NCBI RefSeq assembly: GCF_002087085.1
Contig: NZ_MWQY01000019.1
Span: forward strand, 1 to 64,000
Reading direction: 5' to 3'
Length of the DNA: 64,000 nt
This document shows, piece by piece, positions 20,646 to 30,340 of this stretch. The translations under genes and the position numbers were made by a program. A model generated the notes under the pieces. The model saw nothing but the letters and a program-made list of their open reading frames with translations. It was not told the DNA's origin and searched no databases. Position 1 is the stretch's first letter, and each line of letters starts with the position of its first letter.

Positions 20646-21458
20646 ATGTACAACGTTCTCTCAATTGCAGGAAGCGACTCCTCGGGAGGCGCGGGCATCC
20701 AGGCCGACCTGAAGGCCTTTGCCGCCAACGGCGTCTACGGGATGACGGTCATAACCGCCGTTACCGCCCAGAACACCCGGGGAGTCACAGCCATCAGGGT
20801 TCTTGACCCTGAAATTGTTTCCGCCCAGATCGAGGCGGTCTTCTCGGACATCCGGGTAGATGCGGTAAAAATCGGGATGCTTGCGGACGGAAAGATTATT
20901 TCCGCCGTTGCCCGGGCCCTTGCCAGGTGGAAACCGCCGGTCCTTGTCCTGGACCCGGTCATGGTGGCCAAGTCGGGACACAGACTGCTTGCTCCGGAAG
21001 CCGAGGAGAGCCTTATACGGGAGTTGCTTCCCCTGGCGGATCTGCTTACCCCCAACATACCCGAGGCGGAGACCCTTTCTGGAATGGAGCTTCAAAACGC
21101 CGACGGGGCGCTGATGGAAAAAGCCGGACGCCGTATTCTCGAAACCGGCGTCGGAGCGGTCCTGATAAAAGGCGGACACTCCCAGAATCCGGAGAGCTCC
21201 GCGGACATCCTTATCGACGCCGGGGGAAGCAGAGTCTACACCGCTCCCCGCCTGGAAGCCCTGCATACCCATGGTACCGGCTGCTCCCTCTCCAGCACCC
21301 TGGCCGCCCTGCTTGCCGGAGGATTATCCCTTGATGATGCAGTACGCCGGGCGAAGTCCTACATCAGCGAAGGAATAGCCCACGGCATTCCGCTGGGCGG
21401 CGGCTGCGGCCCGATCCACCATTTTTACAGCCTCTACGGCGGAGAGGAGCTTGCATAA
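20646..21458 (+). CDS. thiD: Hydroxymethylpyrimidine/phosphomethylpyrimidine kinase
   Basis: IAGSDSSGGAGIQADLK, DPVMVAKSG, HTHGTGC; AAGGAG SD before ATG at 20646. Confidence 0.95.
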   Translation: MYNVLSIAGSDSSGGAGIQADLKAFAANGVYGMTVITAVTAQNTRGVTAIRVLDPEIVSAQIEAVFSDIRVDAVKIGMLADGKIISAVARALARWKPPVLVLDPVMVAKSGHRLLAPEAEESLIRELLPLADLLTPNIPEAETLSGMELQNADGALMEKAGRRILETGVGAVLIKGGHSQNPESSADILIDAGGSRVYTAPRLEALHTHGTGCSLSSTLAALLAGGLSLDDAVRRAKSYISEGIAHGIPLGGGCGPIHHFYSLYGGEELA

Positions 21459-22693
21459 TGACAACTGAATCCACCCTTCACTCCGAGGTACGAACGTCCT
21501 CCCCGGTTTCCCTCTCCTCCCTGCACCTGGGTATCCTCTGGTTCGGTGCAGCCGTTTCCCTGGCGGAGATTATTACCGGCACACTGTACAGCTCCATGAG
21601 TACCGGGTCTGCCGTCCTCGCGATACTCGCGGGGCACCTGATAGGAGCTGTCGCCTTCTATGCTGTCGGCTGGATCTCCTGGAAGGAGGACAAGGACGCC
21701 ATAGCAATCGCGGACTCAAGCCTGGGTAATGCCGGGGTGCGGATTTTCGCCCTGATCAACGCCCTTCAACTCCTGGGCTGGACCGCAGTCATGATTCTGG
21801 CAGGGGCTGAAGGCCTGAAAGCTGCCGCAGCAGCGACGGGTCTGCAGATTAGTCTGCCCCGGGCACGGCTGATTACCGGCCTGCTGCTCCTTGTATGGAC
21901 AGCTGCGGGTTTCCGGGGGATGCGCAATCTGAACATCGCCGCTGTTACACTCCTTTTTATCTTATCCGTGCTATGGGCCGTAAAACTGTTCATGCTTCCG
22001 GGACCTGCGGGACAGGAGGCAAACACCGCTCCCGCCTTCGGCGGGATGCTGGAACTTGCCGTCATAATGCCACTGTCGTGGTTGCCCCTGGTGGGGGATT
22101 ATACCCGCAACGCCGGCAAGGGACGCAGGGGAGTAAGCGCAGCTGCCCTTGGGTATTTTATCGGGAGCTGCGCCATGTACCTTCTGGGACTGCTCTCAAT
22201 CCTAAAAGTCCCCGACGCAGGTCCCGTCGCCAGCATGCTGCTTGCGGGTCTCGGCCCGGGGGCCGCTCTGGTTGTACTGCTCTCCACGGTTACGACCGGG
22301 TTTCTGGATGTCCACTCCGCCGGGGTCTCCCTGCGTCTTGTATTTCCCCGCCTTGGACAGCGGACAACACCCCTTCTGATGGGTCTGTCGGGACTTGCAC
22401 TTGCCCTGGCGGTCCCCGGCGGATGGTACGAACACTTCCTCTATGCCCTTGGATCGGTCTTCGCCCCCTTCTTCGGGGTGATATTCTGCCGGCGTCTTTT
22501 TTTCTCCTCCTCTCCTCCCTCGATTTCTGATGTCCTTCTCGGTTTCGGTGCCTGGGCGGCCGGCCTTGCGGGTTACTACGTCCTGCTTCCCCAGGGATTT
22601 CCCCTGGGGGTTTCGGTTCCCGCCCTTATTATTTCGATGATTTCCTATTACCTGCTGCAGAAAGGAGCTGCCCTGTGGACACAAAAGCATTAA
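21458..22693 (+). CDS. cytX: Putative hydroxymethylpyrimidine transporter (NCS1/CytX family)
   Basis: WFGAAVSLAEIITG and MPLSWLPLVGDYTR motifs; multiple TM helices; inside the thi operon. Confidence 0.8.
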   Translation: MTTESTLHSEVRTSSPVSLSSLHLGILWFGAAVSLAEIITGTLYSSMSTGSAVLAILAGHLIGAVAFYAVGWISWKEDKDAIAIADSSLGNAGVRIFALINALQLLGWTAVMILAGAEGLKAAAAATGLQISLPRARLITGLLLLVWTAAGFRGMRNLNIAAVTLLFILSVLWAVKLFMLPGPAGQEANTAPAFGGMLELAVIMPLSWLPLVGDYTRNAGKGRRGVSAAALGYFIGSCAMYLLGLLSILKVPDAGPVASMLLAGLGPGAALVVLLSTVTTGFLDVHSAGVSLRLVFPRLGQRTTPLLMGLSGLALALAVPGGWYEHFLYALGSVFAPFFGVIFCRRLFFSSSPPSISDVLLGFGAWAAGLAGYYVLLPQGFPLGVSVPALIISMISYYLLQKGAALWTQKH

Positions 22694-23487
22694 TTGACAG
22701 CCTCGACCTGATTCAGAAGACCCATCCCCTGGTTCAGCATATTACCAATATGGTTACCGTAAACGACTGCGCCAATATAACCCTCGCTTTCGGCGGTGCC
22801 CCGGTCATGGCGGACTGGGGAGACGACGCCCTGGAAATGGTGGAGCACGCCGGAGCCCTTGTCCTGAACATGGGGGTCCTGACAGCAGAAAGCATAGAGA
22901 CCATGATAGCGGTGGGAAGAAAGGCTAAAACCCTGGGCGTTCCGGTGGTCTTTGATCCGGTAGGCGCCGGGGCCACGGAATCCAGGCGCAGTGCCTCCCG
23001 CAGGATACTGGCGGAAGCGGCTCCGGATATAGTAAAAGGCAATGCCGCGGAGATCCTTTTTTTGGCCGGAGAAGAAATCCGGCAGAAGGGAGTCGATTCG
23101 GATGTCAGCCACGGCGTCGCCGCTGTTACCCGACGTATGGCGGCGGAAAACGCTACAGTCGTCGTAGCCACCGGTATCTGTGACTATGTTTCCGACGGTA
23201 CAGAGACCTTTCGCCTGGAGGGAGGATCCTCCATGATGGGACGCATAACCGGGACCGGCTGTATGAGCGCCTCGGTCCTCGGTTGCTTTGCCGCCGTACT
23301 CGACTCGAAGCTCGAAGCAGCGCTTCTGGGGATACTTGCCATGAATATCGCCGGAGAACGGGCCGCAGAAAGCCTTTCTTCCCTGGAGGGCAGCGGTACC
23401 TTCCGTACACGCCTGATAGATGCCGCGAGCCTTCTCAGTTCCAGCACCCTGGAGATTAATCCTGACAGGAGGGTTTTCCATGAATAG
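22675..23487 (+). CDS. thiM: Hydroxyethylthiazole kinase
   Basis: HITNMVTVNDCAN, DPVGAGA, KGNAAEI, ITGTGC. Confidence 0.93.
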   Translation: MDTKALIDSLDLIQKTHPLVQHITNMVTVNDCANITLAFGGAPVMADWGDDALEMVEHAGALVLNMGVLTAESIETMIAVGRKAKTLGVPVVFDPVGAGATESRRSASRRILAEAAPDIVKGNAAEILFLAGEEIRQKGVDSDVSHGVAAVTRRMAAENATVVVATGICDYVSDGTETFRLEGGSSMMGRITGTGCMSASVLGCFAAVLDSKLEAALLGILAMNIAGERAAESLSSLEGSGTFRTRLIDAASLLSSSTLEINPDRRVFHE

Positions 23488-24124
23488 CCGGAACCTTACA
23501 TTCTGCCTGGTTACCGACTCCGGGTTTCGACAGGATGAGGAGTTTATCCCCACCCTGGAGGCAGCCCTGGAAGCGGGAACAACGATGATCCAGTACCGGG
23601 AAAAAAGCGGCCGCCTCAGCGACAGACAAATTTATCTGCAGGCCCTGGAGGTGGCGGCTTTATGCCGCCGCTTCTCCGTCCCCCTGATCATCGATGACCG
23701 CCTTGACCTTGCCATGGCCGTGGGTGCCGACGGGCTGCACATCGGACAGAAGGATCTGCCCCTTGATGTAGTAAGAAAACTCTGGCCGGGGGAACGAATC
23801 TTCGGTGTTTCCGTGGCAAGCCCTGAAGAAATCGCCCGTGCAGAAGCGGAGGGGGCGGATTACCTGGGTATCGGAGCCTTTCCCACGGAGACAAAAACTG
23901 ACTATTCCAGTCTCGGCAGCGATGGTGTATCCTTGCTGCTGAAGGAGAGCAGTCTGCCGGTCATAGCCATCGGCGGCATCACAGCCTCGAACGCTCCCGG
24001 ACTTATCCGAACCGGCTGCGCCGGGGTGGCAGTAGTCTCTGCGGTCTGGAAAGCCCCGAATCCCGGCGCAGCTGCTCAGGAAATTCTGGATGCTGTTCAC
24101 AAGGCCAGGCAGTATAAAGCATGA
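23480..24124 (+). CDS. thiE: Thiamine-phosphate synthase
   Basis: QYREK, IIDDRLD, GLHIGQKD, AIGGI, GVAVVSA. Confidence 0.93.
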   Translation: MNSRNLTFCLVTDSGFRQDEEFIPTLEAALEAGTTMIQYREKSGRLSDRQIYLQALEVAALCRRFSVPLIIDDRLDLAMAVGADGLHIGQKDLPLDVVRKLWPGERIFGVSVASPEEIARAEAEGADYLGIGAFPTETKTDYSSLGSDGVSLLLKESSLPVIAIGGITASNAPGLIRTGCAGVAVVSAVWKAPNPGAAAQEILDAVHKARQYKA

Positions 24125-24864
24125 AAAAACACCTGGAGTCCATTAAAGCCGTATTGTGGGACAAGGACGGGACCCTTCTGGATAACTTCAGTGTCTGGAT
24201 ACGCCGGGAAAGGTCCCTTATAGAATTCCTGTGCACAGATCTTGAAATTGCCGGGAACCTGCGTTCCGATGCGGTGGAGAGCGGACTCGCCGCCATCGGT
24301 ATTCGCGACGGGAAGGTGGATCCCCGCGGAGAACTCGCCGGAGGAACCGAGGCTTCCATCTGCGACGCCATATCGGGGGCCCTGTCCGACTTCGGCCAGG
24401 TGCCCGAACCGGAAGAGTTCCGCAGGCTGGTGAACGGACGCCTTCACGAAATACTGGCCCGGGACACCGAAACGCCCCCCCTGCGCCGCGGTGTTCTCGA
24501 AGCCCTAACGGCAGCCCGTACCCGCGGACTGCCCCAGGGCCTGGCCACGTCGGACAGCAGAAAATCAGCCCTCGGTGAACTTGCCCCATATGGGATAGAT
24601 AAGTTCTTCAGCTATTATTCCTTTGGAGATGAAGCGCTGCGGCCGAAACCCGATCCCTGGTGCATCCTTGAATTCTCCCGCCTCACAGGTATTCCTGCAG
24701 ATTCCATCCTCTTTGTGGGAGACACTCCAGTGGACGAGGCAACAGCCGACGCCGCGGGAGCAGTGTTCTGTGCAGTCCTCGGAGGAGCCGGAGGCCGAAG
24801 GGATTTTTCCGCGACAACCATGACCTGTAATGATCCCGGGGAGATAGCAGATGTATTCCTCTGA
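24121..24864 (+). CDS. HAD family phosphatase
   Basis: WDKDGTL motif I, KPDP, VGDTPVD; overlaps the 3' end of thiE by 4 nt. Confidence 0.85.
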   Translation: MKKHLESIKAVLWDKDGTLLDNFSVWIRRERSLIEFLCTDLEIAGNLRSDAVESGLAAIGIRDGKVDPRGELAGGTEASICDAISGALSDFGQVPEPEEFRRLVNGRLHEILARDTETPPLRRGVLEALTAARTRGLPQGLATSDSRKSALGELAPYGIDKFFSYYSFGDEALRPKPDPWCILEFSRLTGIPADSILFVGDTPVDEATADAAGAVFCAVLGGAGGRRDFSATTMTCNDPGEIADVFL

Positions 24865-25062
24865 TCTTTTTGTACCTGCTCCGGGGAAACAGCTGATATA
24901 CTGTCAGCGGAAGTACGAACAAAGAAAACGAAGGGCCGACTCTGCCTGCCCGAGACCTGGGAGAACGGAGCCGAACCCGGCACTGAAATCAACGATTTTT
25001 TGACCGGTCGTCGGCTTTCTTTAACCGGCCGGGGATTGCGAGCGGAAAAAAGGAGATTACTC

Positions 25063-25401
25063 ATGGAAAAAGAACTCAACATACTCTGGACAAATGCTGA
25101 TCCTGTAACTGCAGAAAAAATGGTCTTCATGTACGCAGGCAATTCATTGAAAAGAAACTGGTGGGAAAAGGTGACCGTAATAATATGGGGAGCGACTGCT
25201 CAACTCATAGCTGATAACGATGCCATACGTACATCAATTATCTCACTTATAGACCAGGGAGTATATTTTTCTGCCTGCAAAGCCTGTGCAGATCAGCTGG
25301 GTGTAACCGGGCAGCTGGAAGAGATGGGTATTGAAGTCAAATACTGGGGAGAACCGCTGACGGAGATACTGCAAAGCGGAAAAAAGATAATCTCTGTATA
25401 G
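25063..25401 (+). CDS. DsrE family protein
   Basis: ILWTN...MYAGNS...WW...IIWG...ACKACAD; AGGAG SD. Confidence 0.8.
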   Translation: MEKELNILWTNADPVTAEKMVFMYAGNSLKRNWWEKVTVIIWGATAQLIADNDAIRTSIISLIDQGVYFSACKACADQLGVTGQLEEMGIEVKYWGEPLTEILQSGKKIISV

Positions 25402-25483
25402 TCAGTCTGCATCAAAGACGGTTCAGGTCATAATTGTATAGTAAAAACTCTGCCCGTAAACAGATAATCTGTTATAGTATTTA

Positions 25484-25987
25484 ATGATGATACGCCAACT
25501 GGACCTTAAGCATATCGACCAGGCAGTCCGGCTTTTCCGCGAAGTTGTCGAGGACATGCAGAAAAGAGGTATCGATCAGTGGGACGAGGTCTATCCCGCC
25601 CTCGCTGATATTACCGATGATCTGCACAAGGGCTGGGGCTTCGGATACTTTGACGGGAATACGCTTATCGGTTATGTTGCCCTGAACGAGGAATCTGATC
25701 CCGAGTATGAAACCGGAAACTGGCAGTACACCGAAGGCCGTCCCCTCTATTTTCATCGCCTGGCCGTCCGGCCGGCCTTCCAGAGCAAAGGAATAGCCGG
25801 AAGCCTGATACGCTTTGCGGAAAAATATGCCCTGGAAACAGGTTACGCCTCGATCCGCCTGGACGCTTTTCCACCCAATACAGCAGCTGTAGCCATGTAC
25901 GAAAAACGGGGTTACTCCCGGGCAGGGTATGTCACCTTCAGAAAAGGCAGATTTGTTCTGCTGGAGAAAGCTCTTTACTCCACGTGA
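25484..25987 (+). CDS. GNAT family N-acetyltransferase
   Basis: HRLAVRPAFQSKGIA acetyl-CoA-binding motif; N..A..MYEKRGY. Confidence 0.88.
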   Translation: MMIRQLDLKHIDQAVRLFREVVEDMQKRGIDQWDEVYPALADITDDLHKGWGFGYFDGNTLIGYVALNEESDPEYETGNWQYTEGRPLYFHRLAVRPAFQSKGIAGSLIRFAEKYALETGYASIRLDAFPPNTAAVAMYEKRGYSRAGYVTFRKGRFVLLEKALYST

Positions 25988-26111
25988 AGTATACGCTGGA
26001 AAAATCCCGTGAAAAACAAAGCCGCCGATAATTTATATTTTCCTCCACTTTATTCAAAACATGCTTTATAATTTGTGCAGATCAATATGAGTTCAATTCC
26101 AGTCAAGCAGT

Positions 26112-28430
26112 TTGATTATGATTAGAAATCATCCTCATCGTTATTTCTTCTCCATATTTTTTACTTCTCTCCTTTCGTTCGGTTGTATTGCTGTAATCCT
26201 GTTTTCCATAGCATACCTGAACCATAAATGGGAATCTCAAATAAAAGCGGTCAGGGAATTCACAAAAGAAAAGAATACTGTCATGACGCATGTCCATGTC
26301 ATGTACACAAAGATATTGACCAAAGCCCAGCAAATATCCACCGACACATTTTTACGGAGATGGATACTGCTGGTACCCGGATATGAAGACCCTCTGGTTA
26401 TTCAGAAACTGTTCAACAATCTTCATTCGGTAGCAACAACCGATGATGATATTCATACAATAAATGTAATTGATACTCGTCGCCAGGTTATTCTATCAAC
26501 GTATTTTGGATACAGAACTCCCGATCAGGGAGATGCTTATGGAAATCTGAAAAAAGAGATATTTTCTCGCTTTTTCTCTTCTCATGAGACAACAAGTTTA
26601 TTAAGAACATACAGTAATTCCATACCAGACAGCGATTCCACACTTAATTTCCTTCTTTCGCTTCCTGAGAGAAGCAAGCTTGGGGCGATTTCGATAACCT
26701 TCAGACTGGATAATTTCCTGCCACCCTACGCCAGCCTTAACGATCGGATCTGGGCGATCGGGGATTCCGCAGGCACAATAATATCAAACCACCCCGATAT
26801 TGCAGAATCATCCTTCAGCAGCCTGGAGAATTCACCGGATTTCGAGAGAAGCTCTCCTTTCCCGTCTGAAATAGTTATAAACTCCAGGGCATACTGGTAT
26901 ACGTCCGAACCTGTTTTTAACAACTCATACTTTATTACACTTGCAGTTCCCAGGGATATCCTGTTTTCTGAGAGTTCCGCATTATTGAAATATGCACCCT
27001 TCGTGATACTATTCATATTCTCGTTATCTGTAATCGCATCGTTCATATTGTACAATAAGGCCAGAAAGCCTATCCTCGCTGCAGTTAATAACGCACGAAC
27101 ACAGATGAACCTTATTGGTATGGAACGGGATGATTCTTCGAAGACCGGGGATGCTATCTCAAATTTGAATAAAACCCTCAACACTCTTATTCTGCAGACA
27201 AAGAGCAGTAGAAGAATAATTTCAGAAAACAGGGACTTCCTGCATGAGAATGCATTACGAAACCTCCTTTTTGGGCGCCGTCGCGATATATATGGACGAT
27301 CGTTTTATGAGAGGGAATTTATCAATGAGGATAATAACTATTTCCTTGTTCTCGCTCTGCGAATTAATGAATATGGAGATGATCTTAATCCAGGCGGCAA
27401 CAATGACGCCTTCCTCGATCCTGAACTCCTGGAAAAAATCAAGGATGGTTTTGTCGGTGGCACCCTGAAAACCGGTTTAAGAAGCTGGGCATTACTGCTG
27501 AATCTTGAGAAACATGAAGACAAGAGAACCATACTTGAAAGGATAAATCTCCTTCAGAATTCCGGCACGAACATGGATGGTGTGCAATTTAATGCAGCAT
27601 GCAGCACGATTGTCAGAAACACGGAAGCAATACCGGATGCATATGATCAGGCAGTCGAGTGTTTACGCAGATGCCTTATGGATAATACGCGGAATCTGTT
27701 GGATGCGGCTGATCTGAAAGATAAAAAACCGATATATTACTTTTCCGTTAAAGATGGTCAAAACCTTATTGCCGAATTACGGATTCAGAACAGGCAGCAA
27801 ATAACTGCTTACACAAAAAAACTCGTTTACAGTAAAATAGAAATGTATTCACCTGAACTGATGGACGCTTACTGCCTATACCTTTTTTCTTGTGCCGCGA
27901 AAGTCGCGATGGAATACAATCTATCTGCCGATGTTGTTGCAAAGCATACGTACTCATCGGTACTGGAGAGTTCAGAACCGATAAACAGAAAAGTGGAAAG
28001 CCTGGCAATTCTGTGCAAGGAGATTGTAGAAAGTCGAGATAAAGAACAAAAACGATTTAAAAGCCTCTCTCTCGAAATCGCACTGAATTATATAAATGAG
28101 AATTATACGAAACCTATTTCCCTGTCTATAATCGCGGACAACCTGCATGTATCAACAAGTTACCTGAGCGAGCTTCTGAAACGTTCCCTGGGGATGAGTT
28201 ATATTCAATATATCAACAAACTGAGAATTGAAAAATCACTTGAACTTCTGCAGAATAGTGATCTGACAATAAAAAAGATCAGCAAAATGATAGGATACGA
28301 TACGGAACATTCATTCATCAGGAATTTCAAACGTGCATTCGGTCGAACTCCGGCGGATTATCGCAACAGAACAAAGAATATATCCATAAAAGAAAAAACA
28401 TACATCCCTGAAAACGATTTTTCGACATAA
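26112..28430 (+). CDS. Membrane-anchored AraC family regulator (TM-sensor-TM-AraC HTH)
   Basis: Two TM helices flanking an extracytoplasmic domain; C-terminal AraC (YINENY...YLSELLK...IGY...FIRNFK...TPADYR). Confidence 0.88.
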   Translation: MIMIRNHPHRYFFSIFFTSLLSFGCIAVILFSIAYLNHKWESQIKAVREFTKEKNTVMTHVHVMYTKILTKAQQISTDTFLRRWILLVPGYEDPLVIQKLFNNLHSVATTDDDIHTINVIDTRRQVILSTYFGYRTPDQGDAYGNLKKEIFSRFFSSHETTSLLRTYSNSIPDSDSTLNFLLSLPERSKLGAISITFRLDNFLPPYASLNDRIWAIGDSAGTIISNHPDIAESSFSSLENSPDFERSSPFPSEIVINSRAYWYTSEPVFNNSYFITLAVPRDILFSESSALLKYAPFVILFIFSLSVIASFILYNKARKPILAAVNNARTQMNLIGMERDDSSKTGDAISNLNKTLNTLILQTKSSRRIISENRDFLHENALRNLLFGRRRDIYGRSFYEREFINEDNNYFLVLALRINEYGDDLNPGGNNDAFLDPELLEKIKDGFVGGTLKTGLRSWALLLNLEKHEDKRTILERINLLQNSGTNMDGVQFNAACSTIVRNTEAIPDAYDQAVECLRRCLMDNTRNLLDAADLKDKKPIYYFSVKDGQNLIAELRIQNRQQITAYTKKLVYSKIEMYSPELMDAYCLYLFSCAAKVAMEYNLSADVVAKHTYSSVLESSEPINRKVESLAILCKEIVESRDKEQKRFKSLSLEIALNYINENYTKPISLSIIADNLHVSTSYLSELLKRSLGMSYIQYINKLRIEKSLELLQNSDLTIKKISKMIGYDTEHSFIRNFKRAFGRTPADYRNRTKNISIKEKTYIPENDFST

Positions 28431-28481
28431 ACGAATTATTGTAAATTGACGGTTTTTCCCGACGGCTCATAAAATCTATTC

Positions 28482-29411
28482 ATGCTTCACATACTTCAAA
28501 AGCGGAACAGTTTAATTACTACATTTGTCAAATACCGTTACCTATATCTGATGCTGTTTCCCGGTCTGTTGTGGTTTTTCATATATCGTTATCTTCCCAT
28601 GGCAGGACTTTTAATCGCGTTTAAGGAATTCAGTTTTTCAAAAGGAATACTCGGCAGCGACTGGGCGGGATTGAAATACTTTGAATTTATCTTTTTCCGA
28701 CATCCGGATTTTTATCGGATTCTCACCAATACACTCCTGATTAATTTCTATCGAATCGTCATCTCCATGCCTGTACCGATAATCCTGGCTTTAATGCTGA
28801 ATGAAGTTACATCATCGGCTTTCAGGAGATCGGTACAGACTCTGATCTATCTGCCCCATTTCGTTTCCTGGGTGATTTTTGGAGGCATAATTGTACAATT
28901 TCTTTCCCCTTCGTCAGGACTCATTAACGGAATCCTGAAAAGTATGGGCCTCGAACCGGTCTTTTTTCTTATACGGGAGGACCTTTTCCGTTCAATAATT
29001 GTAGTCAGTGATATCTGGAAAAGCGCCGGCTGGGGAACTATCATATATCTCGCGGCGCTTTCCGGAGTCGATCCGCAGCTTTTTGATGCTGCGACAATCG
29101 ACGGTGCAAACCGATGGCAGAAAATCATCCACATAACAATACCGTCGATTTCCGCTACCATTGTAATAATCTTCCTGCTGAAAATAGGTCAGCTTCTTCA
29201 AATCGGTTTCGAACAGATATACGTACTCTATAATCCTGCGGTCTACAGTACCGGTGATGTAATAAGTACCTATGTGTACCGGGTAGGTATCGGACAGGGC
29301 CGGTTCAGCCTTACAACGGCGATCGGATTATTTCAGTCGATTATAGGATTGATACTTATAAGCAGTGCAAACTGGTTTTCCAGACGATATCTTGACAGGA
29401 GTCTTTGGTGA
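28482..29411 (+). CDS. Carbohydrate ABC transporter permease (LplB/YteP-like)
   Basis: YLPHFVSWV, IWKSAGWGTIIYLAAL, EAA-like DAATIDGA. Confidence 0.92.
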   Translation: MLHILQKRNSLITTFVKYRYLYLMLFPGLLWFFIYRYLPMAGLLIAFKEFSFSKGILGSDWAGLKYFEFIFFRHPDFYRILTNTLLINFYRIVISMPVPIILALMLNEVTSSAFRRSVQTLIYLPHFVSWVIFGGIIVQFLSPSSGLINGILKSMGLEPVFFLIREDLFRSIIVVSDIWKSAGWGTIIYLAALSGVDPQLFDAATIDGANRWQKIIHITIPSISATIVIIFLLKIGQLLQIGFEQIYVLYNPAVYSTGDVISTYVYRVGIGQGRFSLTTAIGLFQSIIGLILISSANWFSRRYLDRSLW

Positions 29412-30274
29412 TTAAACATCGCGGCCTGGAAGTTTTTCCAGCGATCAACGGCATTATTCTGGCATTGGCAGCTTTTCTATGTTTCCTTCCATTCTACTAT
29501 GTTTTCACTATTTCTTTAAGTGAAGCGACCCAGGTACGGGAAGGCGTTATCAGTCTACTGCCCCAGGGATTCTCACTGGAAGCATACCAGACAATATTCA
29601 GGCAGGCAGCTTTTTTTAACGCGTTCCGCACAACAGTCATCCGTACTGTTTTGGGAACTGCTGTAAACCTGGCGTTACAGGCCACGTTCGGCTATGCTCT
29701 TTCACGGTCGTATCTGAAAGGCCGAAAGATCATGTTGATAATGGTCGTATTCACTATACTCTTCAATCCGGGAATCATACCTAACTATCTCATAGTTCGT
29801 TATACCGGACTCATTGATACAATATGGGCCCTGATTATTCCCAATGCAATTAATTCTTTTAATGTTCTAGTTCTCGTGAGTTTCTTTGCATCCATACCCG
29901 ACAGTATTGAAGAATCCGCAAAAATGGACGGAGCAAACGATATCATCATTTTCTGGAAGCTAATGATACCTCTATCCCTTCCGGCGATTGCTACCATTTC
30001 ACTTTTTATATCCGTTTTTCACTGGAATTCACTGATGGACGGAATCATGTACATAAATAAATCTACGTTAAAACCCCTGCAGGTCTACCTTATGGACCTG
30101 GTCATGCGCACCCAAACAGAAGGTTTAACAGGCGGTGAATCAGATACAGAGCTTACAACCATTACAATACAAACTGCAGCGATTTTTGCAGGAACTCTTC
30201 CAATCCTGCTTATCTACCCTTTTGTACAGCGCTACTTTATGAAAGGAATTATGCTTGGAGCTATTAAAGGATAG
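29405..30274 (+). CDS. Carbohydrate ABC transporter permease (LplC/YtcP-like)
   Basis: EESAKMDGA; YPFVQRYFMKGIMLGAIKG. Confidence 0.92.
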   Translation: MVIKHRGLEVFPAINGIILALAAFLCFLPFYYVFTISLSEATQVREGVISLLPQGFSLEAYQTIFRQAAFFNAFRTTVIRTVLGTAVNLALQATFGYALSRSYLKGRKIMLIMVVFTILFNPGIIPNYLIVRYTGLIDTIWALIIPNAINSFNVLVLVSFFASIPDSIEESAKMDGANDIIIFWKLMIPLSLPAIATISLFISVFHWNSLMDGIMYINKSTLKPLQVYLMDLVMRTQTEGLTGGESDTELTTITIQTAAIFAGTLPILLIYPFVQRYFMKGIMLGAIKG

Positions 30275-30340
30275 TTTCATGTATAAAAACCGGTGTAATC
30301 ATCGTTGATGAAAATAGCCGGAATAGAAAAGGAGGCTTCA

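Noticed and set aside
24865..25062. Possible ncRNA between the HAD and DsrE genes (small hairpin gctgatatactgtcagc)
   Set aside because: No recognisable family consensus; insufficient evidence
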